This document shows positions 37,247 to 47,400 of a DNA stretch of 64,000 nucleotides, one piece after another. A model generated the notes under the pieces. That model was not told the origin of the DNA, ran no database searches, and was given only the letters and a program-made list of their open reading frames with translations. Numbering within the stretch: position 1 is the stretch's first letter; the number at the start of each line of letters is the position of its first letter. The position numbers and the translations under genes were made by a program. Origin of the DNA: a virus; IMG/VR virus record IMGVR_UViG_3300006310_000001; one strand, written 5' to 3'.

Positions 37247-37805
37247 TTCTTCTTTTTTGGTACGCCAACCACATCTTCTTTGCCTTTTTTTCTGCCATTT
37301 CCAACTTCATTTTACTTGCGTGTTCTGTAAAAGTTCTACCTAACATATGTTCATATTCGTGTTGGAATATTCTACTTATCATACCATCTAATTGTCCTTC
37401 TTTTAAATCACCATTTTCATCTGTATATTTTGCTACACATTTTCTAGGTCTTACTATTGATAAAAATAAAAAAGGATATGTTAAACAACCTTCTTTCATT
37501 AATACTGTTTCCTCACTTGTACTAACTATCATAGGATTAAAACAAGTCATTTTTAAACCATTTTCTAAATTTAAATGGTCACCTAATACAAACATATTAA
37601 ATGGTAACCCTACTTGATTAGCAGATAAACCTATACCACCATATCTTAACATTGTTTTAAACATTAAATCTGATAGTTCTTTTCTATCTTTTAAATCGTG
37701 TTCCTTTAACATATCATCTGTAAAAGGTGCTATTGCTGATTTAACTCTAGGGTCACTAGGTGGTATCAACTGTAAAAATCTTTCTTTCTTTTTCTCTTCT
37801 GGCAT
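37227..37805 (-). CDS. def: peptide deformylase
   Basis: GGIGLSANQVG, EGCLT and QHEYEH. Confidence 0.93.
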   Translation of the reverse strand: MPEEKKKERFLQLIPPSDPRVKSAIAPFTDDMLKEHDLKDRKELSDLMFKTMLRYGGIGLSANQVGLPFNMFVLGDHLNLENGLKMTCFNPMIVSTSEETVLMKEGCLTYPFLFLSIVRPRKCVAKYTDENGDLKEGQLDGMISRIFQHEYEHMLGRTFTEHASKMKLEMAEKKAKKMWLAYQKRRNEKTNK

Positions 37806-39520
37806 TATATCCTATCTAGTACTGAAAAGTTTTGGTCTTTTTTGTACTTAATTATATTTGTAAATTTATCAAATAGTATATCACCTTTATGTGAAATAAT
37901 AAAGACATTTTCGTTTGATAATTTCTGTACTATTTTAAAGAAATCATCTGTTCCAGCAAGGTCTAAACTTGAATCAAATATCTCATCTAGTATTAATAGA
38001 TTTGTATTAGTAGAGTTTTTAAGTTTAGCTATATCTCTCCAAGTAAATAACAATGCTAAATCTATTCTCATCTTTTCACCTTCACTAAAGTTATTATAAT
38101 TAAATGTATCTCTAAATCTACTCTTTACTGTTTCATTAAACTCTTCATCTAAATGAAACGATACATAAAATTCCATTGCTTGTAAATATTTATTAATCAA
38201 TTGGTTCATTATAGGTATGTACTTCTTAATGATTTGTGCCTTGGCACCTTTGTCATTTAATACTTGTCTTAATACATCTTGATACTTTTTATCTTCAACA
38301 ATCTTATCTAATTCTATTTTACAATGTCTTAATTGGTCTTTCATTTCATTTAATTGTTTTCTAATATTTGCTATATCTTCATCCTTATTTTTAAATACTT
38401 TTAAATCTTCTTCTATGCTATCACTATGAGTTTTTAAACTATCTAATGACGTTTCTACTTTTGATAAATCAACATTTAAACTATAAATCTTATCTGCTAC
38501 TTTATCGTATTCAGTTATTTTTTCACCCATACTTACAAGTTCTTTTAATAACTTTTCCATACCATCTTGTAATGTATTAATCTTACTCTTCTCTTCATCA
38601 CATTTTTGATGTTTAAATTCTGGAGATAATGGTTGTGTACAGGTTGGACATACATCATTTTCTTCAAAAAATTTTAAAGAGTTCTTATGTCTTTCTAAAT
38701 TCTGTTCAATCTTCGCTTCTATTTTATTTAATTTTGTATTCTTGTTATCAACATCAACTCTATCTTTTACACTCTCTTTAGCTGAATCTATCTCTTTATT
38801 AATCGTAACCATCTTACTCTCATATTCTAGTCTATCCTTGGTGTTCTGCTCAACCACCCTATTTCTATGCGTTTGGACGTCTATATCCTTGTGGAGAAGG
38901 GTGTCCAAGTACTTTGCTTCAGTCTGATACTTGGTTTCTATAAGTTCACATTGATGTCTTACTTCTGTTATTTTGTTCTGTAAATCTCTTTGTTGACCAC
39001 TCAATATAGTATCCATTCTACTAAATGCTCTTATGTCTAAAATCTCTTCAACGACCTCTCTTCTAAAACTTGCTCTCATTTTCATAAATGGCATATAAGA
39101 AGAAGACCCTAATAATACTACTTGACAAAATGACCTATAGTTACACCTCATAATATTTGCTTCAAGATACTTTTGATAATCAATTGCGCTTGCGTCTTGA
39201 CTCATTAATTGTCCATCACAATGTATTTCAAAGAAGTTTGGTTTAACTCCTCTCTTAACAACGTACTCTTTAGGTCCTACATTAAATTCTAATTCAACCT
39301 CACAACCACCATTGTTAATAGTGTTCACCATCTGGTCTTTTTTAATAATACGAAATGGTCTATTAAATAAAGCAAAACATAATGCGTCTAACAAAGTAGA
39401 TTTACCACTTCCATTAGAACCTATAACTAATGTTAGTTGAGATTTATTTAAATCAATAACAATTGGAACATTGCCTGTTGATAAAAAATTCTTATAAGAT
39501 ATTCGCTTAAACTTTATCAT
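37805..39520 (-). CDS. 46: recombination nuclease ATPase subunit gp46 (SbcC/Rad50-like)
   Basis: GSNGSGKST, CPTC hook, FSEGE, LDEIFD and ISH. Confidence 0.96.
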   Translation of the reverse strand: MIKFKRISYKNFLSTGNVPIVIDLNKSQLTLVIGSNGSGKSTLLDALCFALFNRPFRIIKKDQMVNTINNGGCEVELEFNVGPKEYVVKRGVKPNFFEIHCDGQLMSQDASAIDYQKYLEANIMRCNYRSFCQVVLLGSSSYMPFMKMRASFRREVVEEILDIRAFSRMDTILSGQQRDLQNKITEVRHQCELIETKYQTEAKYLDTLLHKDIDVQTHRNRVVEQNTKDRLEYESKMVTINKEIDSAKESVKDRVDVDNKNTKLNKIEAKIEQNLERHKNSLKFFEENDVCPTCTQPLSPEFKHQKCDEEKSKINTLQDGMEKLLKELVSMGEKITEYDKVADKIYSLNVDLSKVETSLDSLKTHSDSIEEDLKVFKNKDEDIANIRKQLNEMKDQLRHCKIELDKIVEDKKYQDVLRQVLNDKGAKAQIIKKYIPIMNQLINKYLQAMEFYVSFHLDEEFNETVKSRFRDTFNYNNFSEGEKMRIDLALLFTWRDIAKLKNSTNTNLLILDEIFDSSLDLAGTDDFFKIVQKLSNENVFIISHKGDILFDKFTNIIKYKKDQNFSVLDRI

Positions 39521-39539
39521 AATATAAAACTTAAATGTT

Positions 39540-40448
39540 TTATTGCGGTTTCAAATTCTTTCCTAATCCAACATAAGGGTGGAACCCTGGAGATAATATT
39601 TTTGATTTTTGGTTTGGAGGATTCATAAAACAATTACCTGATACACTTATTCTTTCTCCTGGTGTTCTATAAGGAAATACTTCGTGTCTTAATTGAGCAG
39701 GAAATATCCACATATAACCTGCTTCAGGTAAATATTTGTATGTGTGTTCTGCCCATTTTGGTTGAGAGTTTTCCCCATAATGAAATCCTATAACTCCTGG
39801 ACCAAGACCAGTTCCTTGAAATGCTTTTCTTTCTGCTTCTAGGTCTGGTACTTTTAAATACATAACCCAAGTGAATTGTCCACCGTGTGTATGGCTAGGA
39901 TTCATTTCGGTTTCTTTCATAAAATTAATCCACAAATCCATTAATGTAAATGATTTTGAAAACTGACTTTCATCATATGGTTGTCCAATAAATGCACAAG
40001 CACCTTCAACATATGAGTCCATATATGGTTGAAATTTTTGTATAAACCAATTTTTATCTTCATCACTATAAGTTCTTTGGTCACCTAATAGACCTGCTAA
40101 TTTTTTATTACTTGAACCTGGTGTACTGTCTTTACCTCTTTTTAAAAGTCCTTTAAAAAAATCATCATCTATTTTCATATAAGCACAATATGGTCCAAAA
40201 TTTAAATGTCCTAATACTTGTGCTTGTTCTTGATTATCAGGATTATTCATCTGTGCCTCAACTTTTTGTTGAAATTCTTCCCTTAATTTTTTTTCTTTTT
40301 GTTCTGTTTCTTCATCTCTTTTTTGTTTTACTTCTTCACCCTCTGGTTCGCCAATTACCCAATTGTGTTCCCTTGATTTTTCTTCTTTTAATCTTTCAAA
40401 CTCTTTTGCCTTTTGTTCTTTTTCTTTTTCTCTACTCTTTATACTCAT
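39540..40448 (-). CDS. 2OG-Fe(II) oxygenase-like protein with charged N-terminal extension
   Basis: WINF, NPSHTH, FPAQLRHEV and RISVSGN. Confidence 0.75.
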   Translation of the reverse strand: MSIKSREKEKEQKAKEFERLKEEKSREHNWVIGEPEGEEVKQKRDEETEQKEKKLREEFQQKVEAQMNNPDNQEQAQVLGHLNFGPYCAYMKIDDDFFKGLLKRGKDSTPGSSNKKLAGLLGDQRTYSDEDKNWFIQKFQPYMDSYVEGACAFIGQPYDESQFSKSFTLMDLWINFMKETEMNPSHTHGGQFTWVMYLKVPDLEAERKAFQGTGLGPGVIGFHYGENSQPKWAEHTYKYLPEAGYMWIFPAQLRHEVFPYRTPGERISVSGNCFMNPPNQKSKILSPGFHPYVGLGKNLKPQ

Positions 40449-41503
40449 TGATTTACCTCACTATATAGTTCTTTAGTATAATCTTTCAATTTACTTTTGT
40501 CAAGGTCTGTATCAAGTTGGTCTATATACTTGCCCAAAAATGTAAGTGTATCTTCACCTTGTTCTATTAAATCTTCTTTTACACTAGCAGTTACATCACT
40601 AGTATCCTCAAATATATTTAGTTCGTGTATATTTAATGTACTATACAACCTATTGATAAACTTATCATACATATCTTCATCTGTTTTTTGAGATATAAAC
40701 AGTTTAATATAACTGTTATCAAATCTTGATATGTTTAACGTATTATAATCGTGTTGTGTATCATCATACACTATCTTTTTAAAGATTCTTATTGGGTTAG
40801 GTATTCTAGTTAACTCTCTAGTGTCTGTATCAAATATATGAAACCCTTTAGGGTCTTTATAATCGTTCCAAGTAATTTCATATTGTGTACCTAAATAATA
40901 TATCCGACCATCATCTGATTTCTTATGAAAGTGTCCTGATATAACTTTTTCAAATCTATGAAACATTGATTTATCTAACCCTTGTTCGTTCATAAATCCT
41001 CTATTCATTTCAAACCCTTTAATTTCTAAATGCCCCATACATATTTCCGCATTTGAATTTTCAATAGCATATAAAGAATCTTCATACGTATCATCACATA
41101 TCCAAGGCATAAACAAAATCTTTAAACCATCTAGGGTTACTTCTTTTGGTTTTGCATATATCCAAGGTTCATTTTGACCATCATAAGTTGTACATAATTC
41201 AGTAATTGCATTTACATTATTTGTATTCTTATAATAAGTATCGTGATTACCTAATATAATATGTGTATCTACTTTTTCTTTCCAAAGTCTTTTCATAAAC
41301 TTTTGGCGAAAGAAATTAGCCGTCTTATAGTTTATAAATTTACGTCTATCAACTACGTCACCTAAATGTACTAACGTTGTGATGTTGTGTTCTTTTATAT
41401 ATGGAAAAAACACTTCATTATAAAACCGTTCTTGATACTGTACAAAATGAGGACTATCATTCCGACAACCAAAGTGTGTATCGTTTAGTAGGGCAATCTT
41501 CAC
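40445..41503 (-). CDS. 47: recombination endonuclease gp47 (SbcD/Mre11-like)
   Basis: DTHFG, GDVVD, GNHD and SGHFH. Confidence 0.96.
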   Translation of the reverse strand: MKIALLNDTHFGCRNDSPHFVQYQERFYNEVFFPYIKEHNITTLVHLGDVVDRRKFINYKTANFFRQKFMKRLWKEKVDTHIILGNHDTYYKNTNNVNAITELCTTYDGQNEPWIYAKPKEVTLDGLKILFMPWICDDTYEDSLYAIENSNAEICMGHLEIKGFEMNRGFMNEQGLDKSMFHRFEKVISGHFHKKSDDGRIYYLGTQYEITWNDYKDPKGFHIFDTDTRELTRIPNPIRIFKKIVYDDTQHDYNTLNISRFDNSYIKLFISQKTDEDMYDKFINRLYSTLNIHELNIFEDTSDVTASVKEDLIEQGEDTLTFLGKYIDQLDTDLDKSKLKDYTKELYSEVNQ

Positions 41504-43056
41504 TTGTAATAATTCTCCAATAGAAAGTGGTAATAACTTGGAAACTTTTCAACTTCCTTTTTCCATTTTTCTTTACGTTCATCTAGTTTCTTTATGTATG
41601 GTTTCATAAATTCTTTTATATATTTCTCACTCTTATGTGTTAGATTTATCATATTAGGTAAATCAGTTGGTGCCCAATTGAAACCAGCCGCTATATAATG
41701 TAATCCATATTTACCTGGCGTAAGAGCAGGATCAACAGGAAACTCCGAATTAAGATTTCTTTGTAAAGCAGCTTGTAAATATCCAAGCATAATTTTAGGT
41801 TTAAAATTAGATAAACTTTCTTCCCATACTGTTTCGTTATTTGCTTTCCAATATGGTGTATCATTTCTTGTTGATAATGCATAATGCAACCCAACAAATT
41901 CAGCAAATCCATAATAGATAGATTTACAAGAAAATGTGAAGTTGTCTTTATCCCATTGTGTAATTTCACCTCTTCTTAAATTTCTTACCAACATCATTAA
42001 AAATTCGTGTACTGAAAACAAACCATTACTTTCTAATGGTTCAATAAATCCAGCAGATAGTCCTATAGCAACAACATTTTTTACAAATAATCTTTCGTGT
42101 GTACCAGTTCTCATTTTAATATTTCTAAATTCGTGTTCTTCATTACCAAACCCAGGTCGTACACCTGCTAAATGATTTTTAAATTCTTTTAAAGCAGTTT
42201 CATCATCTACAAATTTATCTGAATAAACATAACCTGTACCAACTCTACTCCACAATGGTATATTCCATACCCAACCGTTCTCTATTGCTGTGCAATTGGT
42301 AAACGCTTCTATTTCTTTTTCTTTATCAACATAAGGAATCTTTGTTACCCACGCTTTATTATTTGGTAGATTTTGTAAAGGTTCAAAAGATTCTTTTAAT
42401 GCACCACCTAAAAGCATTGATTTAAAACCTGTACAATCAACATATAAATCTGCTGTATGTTTGTTTAAAGAAACAATACCATTTTCATCTTGTTTAATAT
42501 CTTTTATATCTTCTTGAATATATTTGACACCTCTAGGGATACAATAATTAACCTTCAACCATATACCAAATTTAATTGCGTCAAACTGATAAGCAGAATC
42601 ACGGTCAACTTTAAAATCGTAAAAATTATAAGTACCCTTACGTTGATTAATTAATGCCATATTAGGAGCAAAACTATCAGCATAATCTGAAACAGGTGTT
42701 TCTGGATTAAATGCCTTTTTCATCCACCAATCATTATAATTTAATTTAGTTCCTTGTATGTCAACTGAACCAAAAGGATAGTGAAATGCCGCCTCATCTT
42801 TTCCATTAAAGTCTGTAAACTTAATACTAAATTTAAGAGTGCCATCTGTTTCTGCTAAAAATTCTTTATCATTAATGTCTAAAAATTTTGTCCATTGTCT
42901 AATTTTTTGTATTGTACTTTCACCAACTGATATTGTTGGAACGTTAGGTGATTCTATTACTGTTATATCTTTGTTGGGAAATGCTCTAACTAAAGTAGCA
43001 GCCGTCATCCAGCCAGCAGAACCTCCACCCACTATCAAAATCTTATCACACTTCAT
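41500..43056 (-). CDS. flavin-dependent tryptophan halogenase-like protein (PrnA family)
   Basis: VGGGSAGW, VGES, DCTGF, WVWNIP and FIEPLES. Confidence 0.88.
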   Translation of the reverse strand: MKCDKILIVGGGSAGWMTAATLVRAFPNKDITVIESPNVPTISVGESTIQKIRQWTKFLDINDKEFLAETDGTLKFSIKFTDFNGKDEAAFHYPFGSVDIQGTKLNYNDWWMKKAFNPETPVSDYADSFAPNMALINQRKGTYNFYDFKVDRDSAYQFDAIKFGIWLKVNYCIPRGVKYIQEDIKDIKQDENGIVSLNKHTADLYVDCTGFKSMLLGGALKESFEPLQNLPNNKAWVTKIPYVDKEKEIEAFTNCTAIENGWVWNIPLWSRVGTGYVYSDKFVDDETALKEFKNHLAGVRPGFGNEEHEFRNIKMRTGTHERLFVKNVVAIGLSAGFIEPLESNGLFSVHEFLMMLVRNLRRGEITQWDKDNFTFSCKSIYYGFAEFVGLHYALSTRNDTPYWKANNETVWEESLSNFKPKIMLGYLQAALQRNLNSEFPVDPALTPGKYGLHYIAAGFNWAPTDLPNMINLTHKSEKYIKEFMKPYIKKLDERKEKWKKEVEKFPSYYHFLLENYYK

Positions 43057-43058
43057 AA

Positions 43059-43595
43059 TTATTTTTTTCTTTTATAAAAACTTTTAACTGGTTTCTTTTT
43101 TTTCTTAACTGGTTCTTCCGCTGGTATATTCTTTCGTAGAAATTCTGTAAATTGATTTTTAAACTCTCTATCTTCTCCAGGTTGCAAAGTCATATCATCA
43201 TAGTTTGCATTTTGAATCATACGGTGTTTAATAGTTGTTTGTTTCTTCTCTTTCTGTATTCTCCGTACAAAAGCATAGTAGATAATTTGTGTGAAATATG
43301 CAAAGGGATTGTTAGTTTTTTTAGGATTAAAATTGTCAAGATACTGTAAACAGTTTTCTATACCATCTGATATCATATCATCACGATAGGTATAATTTAT
43401 AAAATTTGGTCTATAAGATAAGTGATTCGCTATTTTCAAAAAACACTCACCAACATAGTCTGGTACAACTGGTTTATTTCGTTTTTCTCTTTTTGCTTTA
43501 TTAACAGACTTTCTATAGTCCACCATAGCGGCAAAAAATTCTTTATTATTTACGTAATGTTCTGGTTTTTTCTTTGTTCTTGTTGAATTCATCAT
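43059..43595 (-). CDS. 55: late sigma factor gp55
   Basis: HYVNNKEF, NFINY, MISDGIE, NPFAYFTQI. Confidence 0.96.
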   Translation of the reverse strand: MMNSTRTKKKPEHYVNNKEFFAAMVDYRKSVNKAKREKRNKPVVPDYVGECFLKIANHLSYRPNFINYTYRDDMISDGIENCLQYLDNFNPKKTNNPFAYFTQIIYYAFVRRIQKEKKQTTIKHRMIQNANYDDMTLQPGEDREFKNQFTEFLRKNIPAEEPVKKKKKPVKSFYKRKK

Positions 43596-43601
43596 AATTA
43601 C

Positions 43602-43630
43602 ATATTACACCATTTTTTATATATTGTCAA
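43602..43630 (-). promoter_or_regulatory. sigma70-type promoter for gp55
   Basis: TTGACA-N17-TAATAT, 6 nt before the ATG. Confidence 0.55.
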
Positions 43631-43644
43631 TGCTGAAACCAACA

Positions 43645-43672
43645 TTGACTTTTCCCAAATTTTGTGTATAAT
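43645..43672 (+). promoter_or_regulatory. divergent plus-strand sigma70-type promoter
   Basis: AACCAACA-TTGACT-N16-TATAAT with TG upstream of -10. Confidence 0.55.
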
Positions 43673-43708
43673 GGACTATGTAGTCTGTTGGAGAACGCTC
43701 CAAGCACC

Positions 43709-44137
43709 CTAGTGGAGAGTTCTTTTCGTTGCCTTATCTTTAAAGATTTCATTTAACATTTCATTATCTTCTTCTGACAATTGTTCTCGTTGAAAGAACC
43801 CACCCTTGCCCTTTTTAGGTTGGTCTAATTTATCATAATCATTTGCCAGGTTTAAATAACTTTTTGACATATCTCCAGACGCCATAGTTATTGTCATTAT
43901 CTTATCTTTCGGAATAGTAACTACCTTATCTGGTGTATAATTAACCCATTTAATAAGAGCAATATAATCTCTTATTCCCATAGGTGTCATCTGTGGAATA
44001 TACTTAATCTGTAATGGTTTGCTGATTCGTAGCAAAGGAGATTTGTCTGGTAGTTGTTTCTCTCCAGCTGGTAAATGTGCAACAACATCATCACCATTAA
44101 CTAGTTTGATTATTCTTATGTCAGCTTTTACTTCCAT
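43709..44137 (-). CDS. conserved myovirus hypothetical protein (Sm-like candidate)
   Basis: IKLVNGDDVV...W motif; usual neighbour of gp55. Confidence 0.65.
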   Translation of the reverse strand: MEVKADIRIIKLVNGDDVVAHLPAGEKQLPDKSPLLRISKPLQIKYIPQMTPMGIRDYIALIKWVNYTPDKVVTIPKDKIMTITMASGDMSKSYLNLANDYDKLDQPKKGKGGFFQREQLSEEDNEMLNEIFKDKATKRTLH

Positions 44138-45611
44138 TTTTCTCCAGTTCTATGTTGTGGATTTCATAGTCAAAATCTTCACTATTGTATATATTTATAC
44201 GCTCTCTAAAGTGTTGTAAAGTGTAATTTTCCTTTTCCCCATAGGAAAGGTCATCAGCAATGTCATATAACGTTGCGTGTGATTTGTTATCTTTTAATCT
44301 CAATCCTCTTCCAATAGATTGTAAATTTCTTATACGAGATTTACTAGGGCTACTAAAAACAATATTGTGTAGATTGCGGATATTAATACCAGTACTGAAC
44401 GTCCCATAAGAAGCGACAATAATCGCATTATCAGACTTCTCGGTAATTGCTCGGACTTGTTCTCGTTCATCAGCTTCCACTCCTCCGTGGATATAGAATA
44501 TAGGTCGGTCACCTGCCTTCTCTTTTATTAGTTCAAATAATAACTTACCGTGCTTTTCTACATACTGAAACAAGCATAAAGTGTTGCCGTGCAAATTAGT
44601 GACCAGATTTTTTATGTATTTATTTCTTTTAACATTTCTAACTAAAAAATCCATTTCTTCTTGGTATGTTTTATTTTTTAAGAATTCTCTTTGTACTTTA
44701 CTGTATTGTAATACTAAACAGAAAATTTTAAGTTTAGCTAGTTGTTCTTTGTCTTGGAGTTCAGTTGTTGTAGTGACTTTATTGACTGCACCAAACAGTC
44801 CTTCTAATACTAGTTTGTGTGTCTTACTATCATCTAGGGTACCTGTACAACCTACTTTATATTTACAATTAGTTAACTTCGTTAGTATTTTAGTTAATGA
44901 TATTGCTTTAAATAGATGTGCTTCGTCACCAATTATCATACCATAGTCGCTAAAATAGTTCTTTGATAGATTATAGATTGATTGCCAAGTAGATATGACT
45001 ACTCTTTTAGGTGTTATCTTACTATGTCCTTCATAGATTCTATGTACATTTTTTAAACTATCATAACCATAGTCTTTAAAATCTTTATATAGTTGTTCTA
45101 CTAGTGATGTGGTAGGTACTATAATTAATATCTTCTTATTTTTAGGTAGTCTTAATAGATTGAAACGTACTAATAGATATAGAATTAGTGATTTACCACT
45201 AGCAGTTGGAGATAGTAATAAACATCTATTCTTTCTGACAGCATATGTAAATGCCTTTTTTTGATAATCTCTTACGTCCATAGGAACTTTAAGAGCATTA
45301 ATAAACTTTTCTACTTTACTATCGTCAACTTTAGTATCTTCTATCTTTGATCCATCAACAACTTCTATTTCATTTTCTTTGCACCAGTTAAGTATATATG
45401 GATACAACCCAACATATATTTGACCAGTTGCATATGAAAATAATCTTATCTTACCGTCCCATACTCTATTACGAAATTGAGGCATAAAACGAAAACCAGG
45501 TACTTCAAAAGTAAAGTGTTGACCTAATTCTCTTCTAATAGAATCTTCTGCTTCTATCTTTAAATAGACATCATCCTTCTTGTCTATTACAAGATATCTT
45601 ACATTTTTCAT
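44121..45611 (-). CDS. uvsW: DNA helicase UvsW
   Basis: SPTASGKS, DEAH, TGT and QSIGRGLR. Confidence 0.95.
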   Translation of the reverse strand: MKNVRYLVIDKKDDVYLKIEAEDSIRRELGQHFTFEVPGFRFMPQFRNRVWDGKIRLFSYATGQIYVGLYPYILNWCKENEIEVVDGSKIEDTKVDDSKVEKFINALKVPMDVRDYQKKAFTYAVRKNRCLLLSPTASGKSLILYLLVRFNLLRLPKNKKILIIVPTTSLVEQLYKDFKDYGYDSLKNVHRIYEGHSKITPKRVVISTWQSIYNLSKNYFSDYGMIIGDEAHLFKAISLTKILTKLTNCKYKVGCTGTLDDSKTHKLVLEGLFGAVNKVTTTTELQDKEQLAKLKIFCLVLQYSKVQREFLKNKTYQEEMDFLVRNVKRNKYIKNLVTNLHGNTLCLFQYVEKHGKLLFELIKEKAGDRPIFYIHGGVEADEREQVRAITEKSDNAIIVASYGTFSTGINIRNLHNIVFSSPSKSRIRNLQSIGRGLRLKDNKSHATLYDIADDLSYGEKENYTLQHFRERINIYNSEDFDYEIHNIELEKNGSKS

Positions 45612-46270
45612 ATTAACTTTAAATAGTTATCTTTGTATGGATTTTCTGCTAATAAATCAAATGCAATTGTTATTCTTTCTTTATCTGAATTGTGTATATC
45701 TGTATAGTGTGGTACATTATCTGGAAATATAGTCATTTTACCTACATCATTTTTACTACTATATGTCATAGGGTCATTAATTTGATTTATTGGATTGATA
45801 TAATGGGTAGATGTATCATCACATTGTACGCAAATATGACCTCCTAAATAACAGCTTGGTCCTATATTATGTAGATGAGGTTTTATTTGTTCTCCTTTTC
45901 TCATTATATTAGTCCAACATTGTATATACAATTCATTAGCAGGTGGTTGTTTAAAATATTTTAAAATGTGATTATGAAAACTTATTATGTTTCCTTTTAT
46001 ATGCTGTATATTTTCACCGTCCCATTTTAAAACATTATACTTATCAAATCTAGTTGTTGTACTATCCTTTTTTAGTCCTGTGTAAGCGTCACCTGATGTA
46101 GTTGATATAGGCAAACTTAATAGTTCTTTTTCTTTGCTTAAGATAAGTTTTGCTAACTCTTTAAAATCAATTTCAAATGCTTGAGTTTCAAATATTGTAT
46201 AATCATACTCGGGAGCAAAAAAAGTTCTTTTATCTTCACTTTTAAATTTTATTATATTAACTGCACCCAT
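45608..46270 (-). CDS. 2OG-Fe(II) oxygenase-like protein
   Basis: WTNI, KPHLH, FPDNVPHYT and RITIAFD; start moved to MGAV. Confidence 0.75.
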   Translation of the reverse strand: MGAVNIIKFKSEDKRTFFAPEYDYTIFETQAFEIDFKELAKLILSKEKELLSLPISTTSGDAYTGLKKDSTTTRFDKYNVLKWDGENIQHIKGNIISFHNHILKYFKQPPANELYIQCWTNIMRKGEQIKPHLHNIGPSCYLGGHICVQCDDTSTHYINPINQINDPMTYSSKNDVGKMTIFPDNVPHYTDIHNSDKERITIAFDLLAENPYKDNYLKLI

Positions 46271-46271
46271 A

Positions 46272-46700
46272 TTAAATGGCTCCTGATGTAAACTTCTTCC
46301 AATCAATTGCGTTCTTAATAGTAAATGTTCTGTTTGAAATTTGTCTAATACTTCTATCTAAAAAATCTACTACTGTAGTAAGGTAATCAACCTTTTGTTT
46401 TGCTTTAATAACTTCTTCATCTGAATCAATATACTTGTCAACATCTTGTCTTAATATTTTTAAGTTAAAAGGTTTTTCAACATAAACAGTAGAGTCTGCT
46501 TTACCTGTATAGTATTCCCATTTTGTTCTTTTAACTATATGTAATTCACTTTCGGCCCTACTTAACATTAACTTAAACTTGCTTAAGTGCTTCATATATT
46601 TGTTATGTATTTGTGGAGTTTTGATTGATTCTAAATCAAGTTCACTATCGTTAATCTTTAAATCTTTGTCTGCTAATTCTTGCAATTCTTCTAATGTCAT
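46272..46700 (-). CDS. uvsY: recombination mediator UvsY
   Basis: ESIKTPQIHNKY...YYTGK...IKNAIDW. Confidence 0.9.
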   Translation of the reverse strand: MTLEELQELADKDLKINDSELDLESIKTPQIHNKYMKHLSKFKLMLSRAESELHIVKRTKWEYYTGKADSTVYVEKPFNLKILRQDVDKYIDSDEEVIKAKQKVDYLTTVVDFLDRSIRQISNRTFTIKNAIDWKKFTSGAI

Positions 46701-46747
46701 AATCTCCTTATATACTATATCATACTATAATAAAAAAGTAAAGTTTG

Positions 46748-47374
46748 TTACGAAACCGTTACCGAAGTTTGTCCGCTTCCTTCTGCAAATTCATATATTT
46801 TGTACTGAAACGTAACTGTTGCTATTAAATAGTTGACATCTGTTTGTTGTTGGTTGTAATTCAATCCAGATAATGCTGTAGGAAATACATCACTAAATCT
46901 TACTTGAATATTTGTTGTATTTTTACTTGTTAATATACTTAATGTTGCGTCTGAATAAACGGCACCTGAATCTCCTGCACTAAATTTCTGTTTACCTGCG
47001 TCTGTTTCTTGATTCGCACCAGTAGATGTTGGAAATCTATCTGTACCACCACCTAATAGGTCTCTAAATTCTTTTCTATCTTTAGGAAAACCTAAACCAG
47101 TTAACCAACCGTGTACTTCTCTATAGTTTTCTAAATTTTCATCAACCATAAAATCCATAGATAGTGGACTATATGATAGTTTATCTCCAGGAATAGGTAT
47201 ATCTTTCAATGGTGTTTCTTGCGCCATATTACCTTCTAATGATATGCCTGGTAAGTTAACTGCTGTACAAAAGAATTCTACTTTAGGAAGTTTTGTAATA
47301 GTAAATTTAAACTGCGTTGGAGCAGCATAATCAAATTTAGTTGGTTGTCTTTTGTATGATTGTTTTATTGTCAT
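46748..47374 (-). CDS. tail tube terminator/completion protein gp3-like
   Basis: FFCTAVNLPGISL, PGDKL, VDENLENY, SDATL and FPTALS. Confidence 0.8.
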   Translation of the reverse strand: MTIKQSYKRQPTKFDYAAPTQFKFTITKLPKVEFFCTAVNLPGISLEGNMAQETPLKDIPIPGDKLSYSPLSMDFMVDENLENYREVHGWLTGLGFPKDRKEFRDLLGGGTDRFPTSTGANQETDAGKQKFSAGDSGAVYSDATLSILTSKNTTNIQVRFSDVFPTALSGLNYNQQQTDVNYLIATVTFQYKIYEFAEGSGQTSVTVS

Positions 47375-47379
47375 AATAC

Positions 47380-47387
47380 TATTTATA
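47380..47387 (-). promoter_or_regulatory. late promoter TATAAATA
   Basis: Exact consensus. Confidence 0.75.
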
Positions 47388-47400
47388 AGTCATCTAGGCC

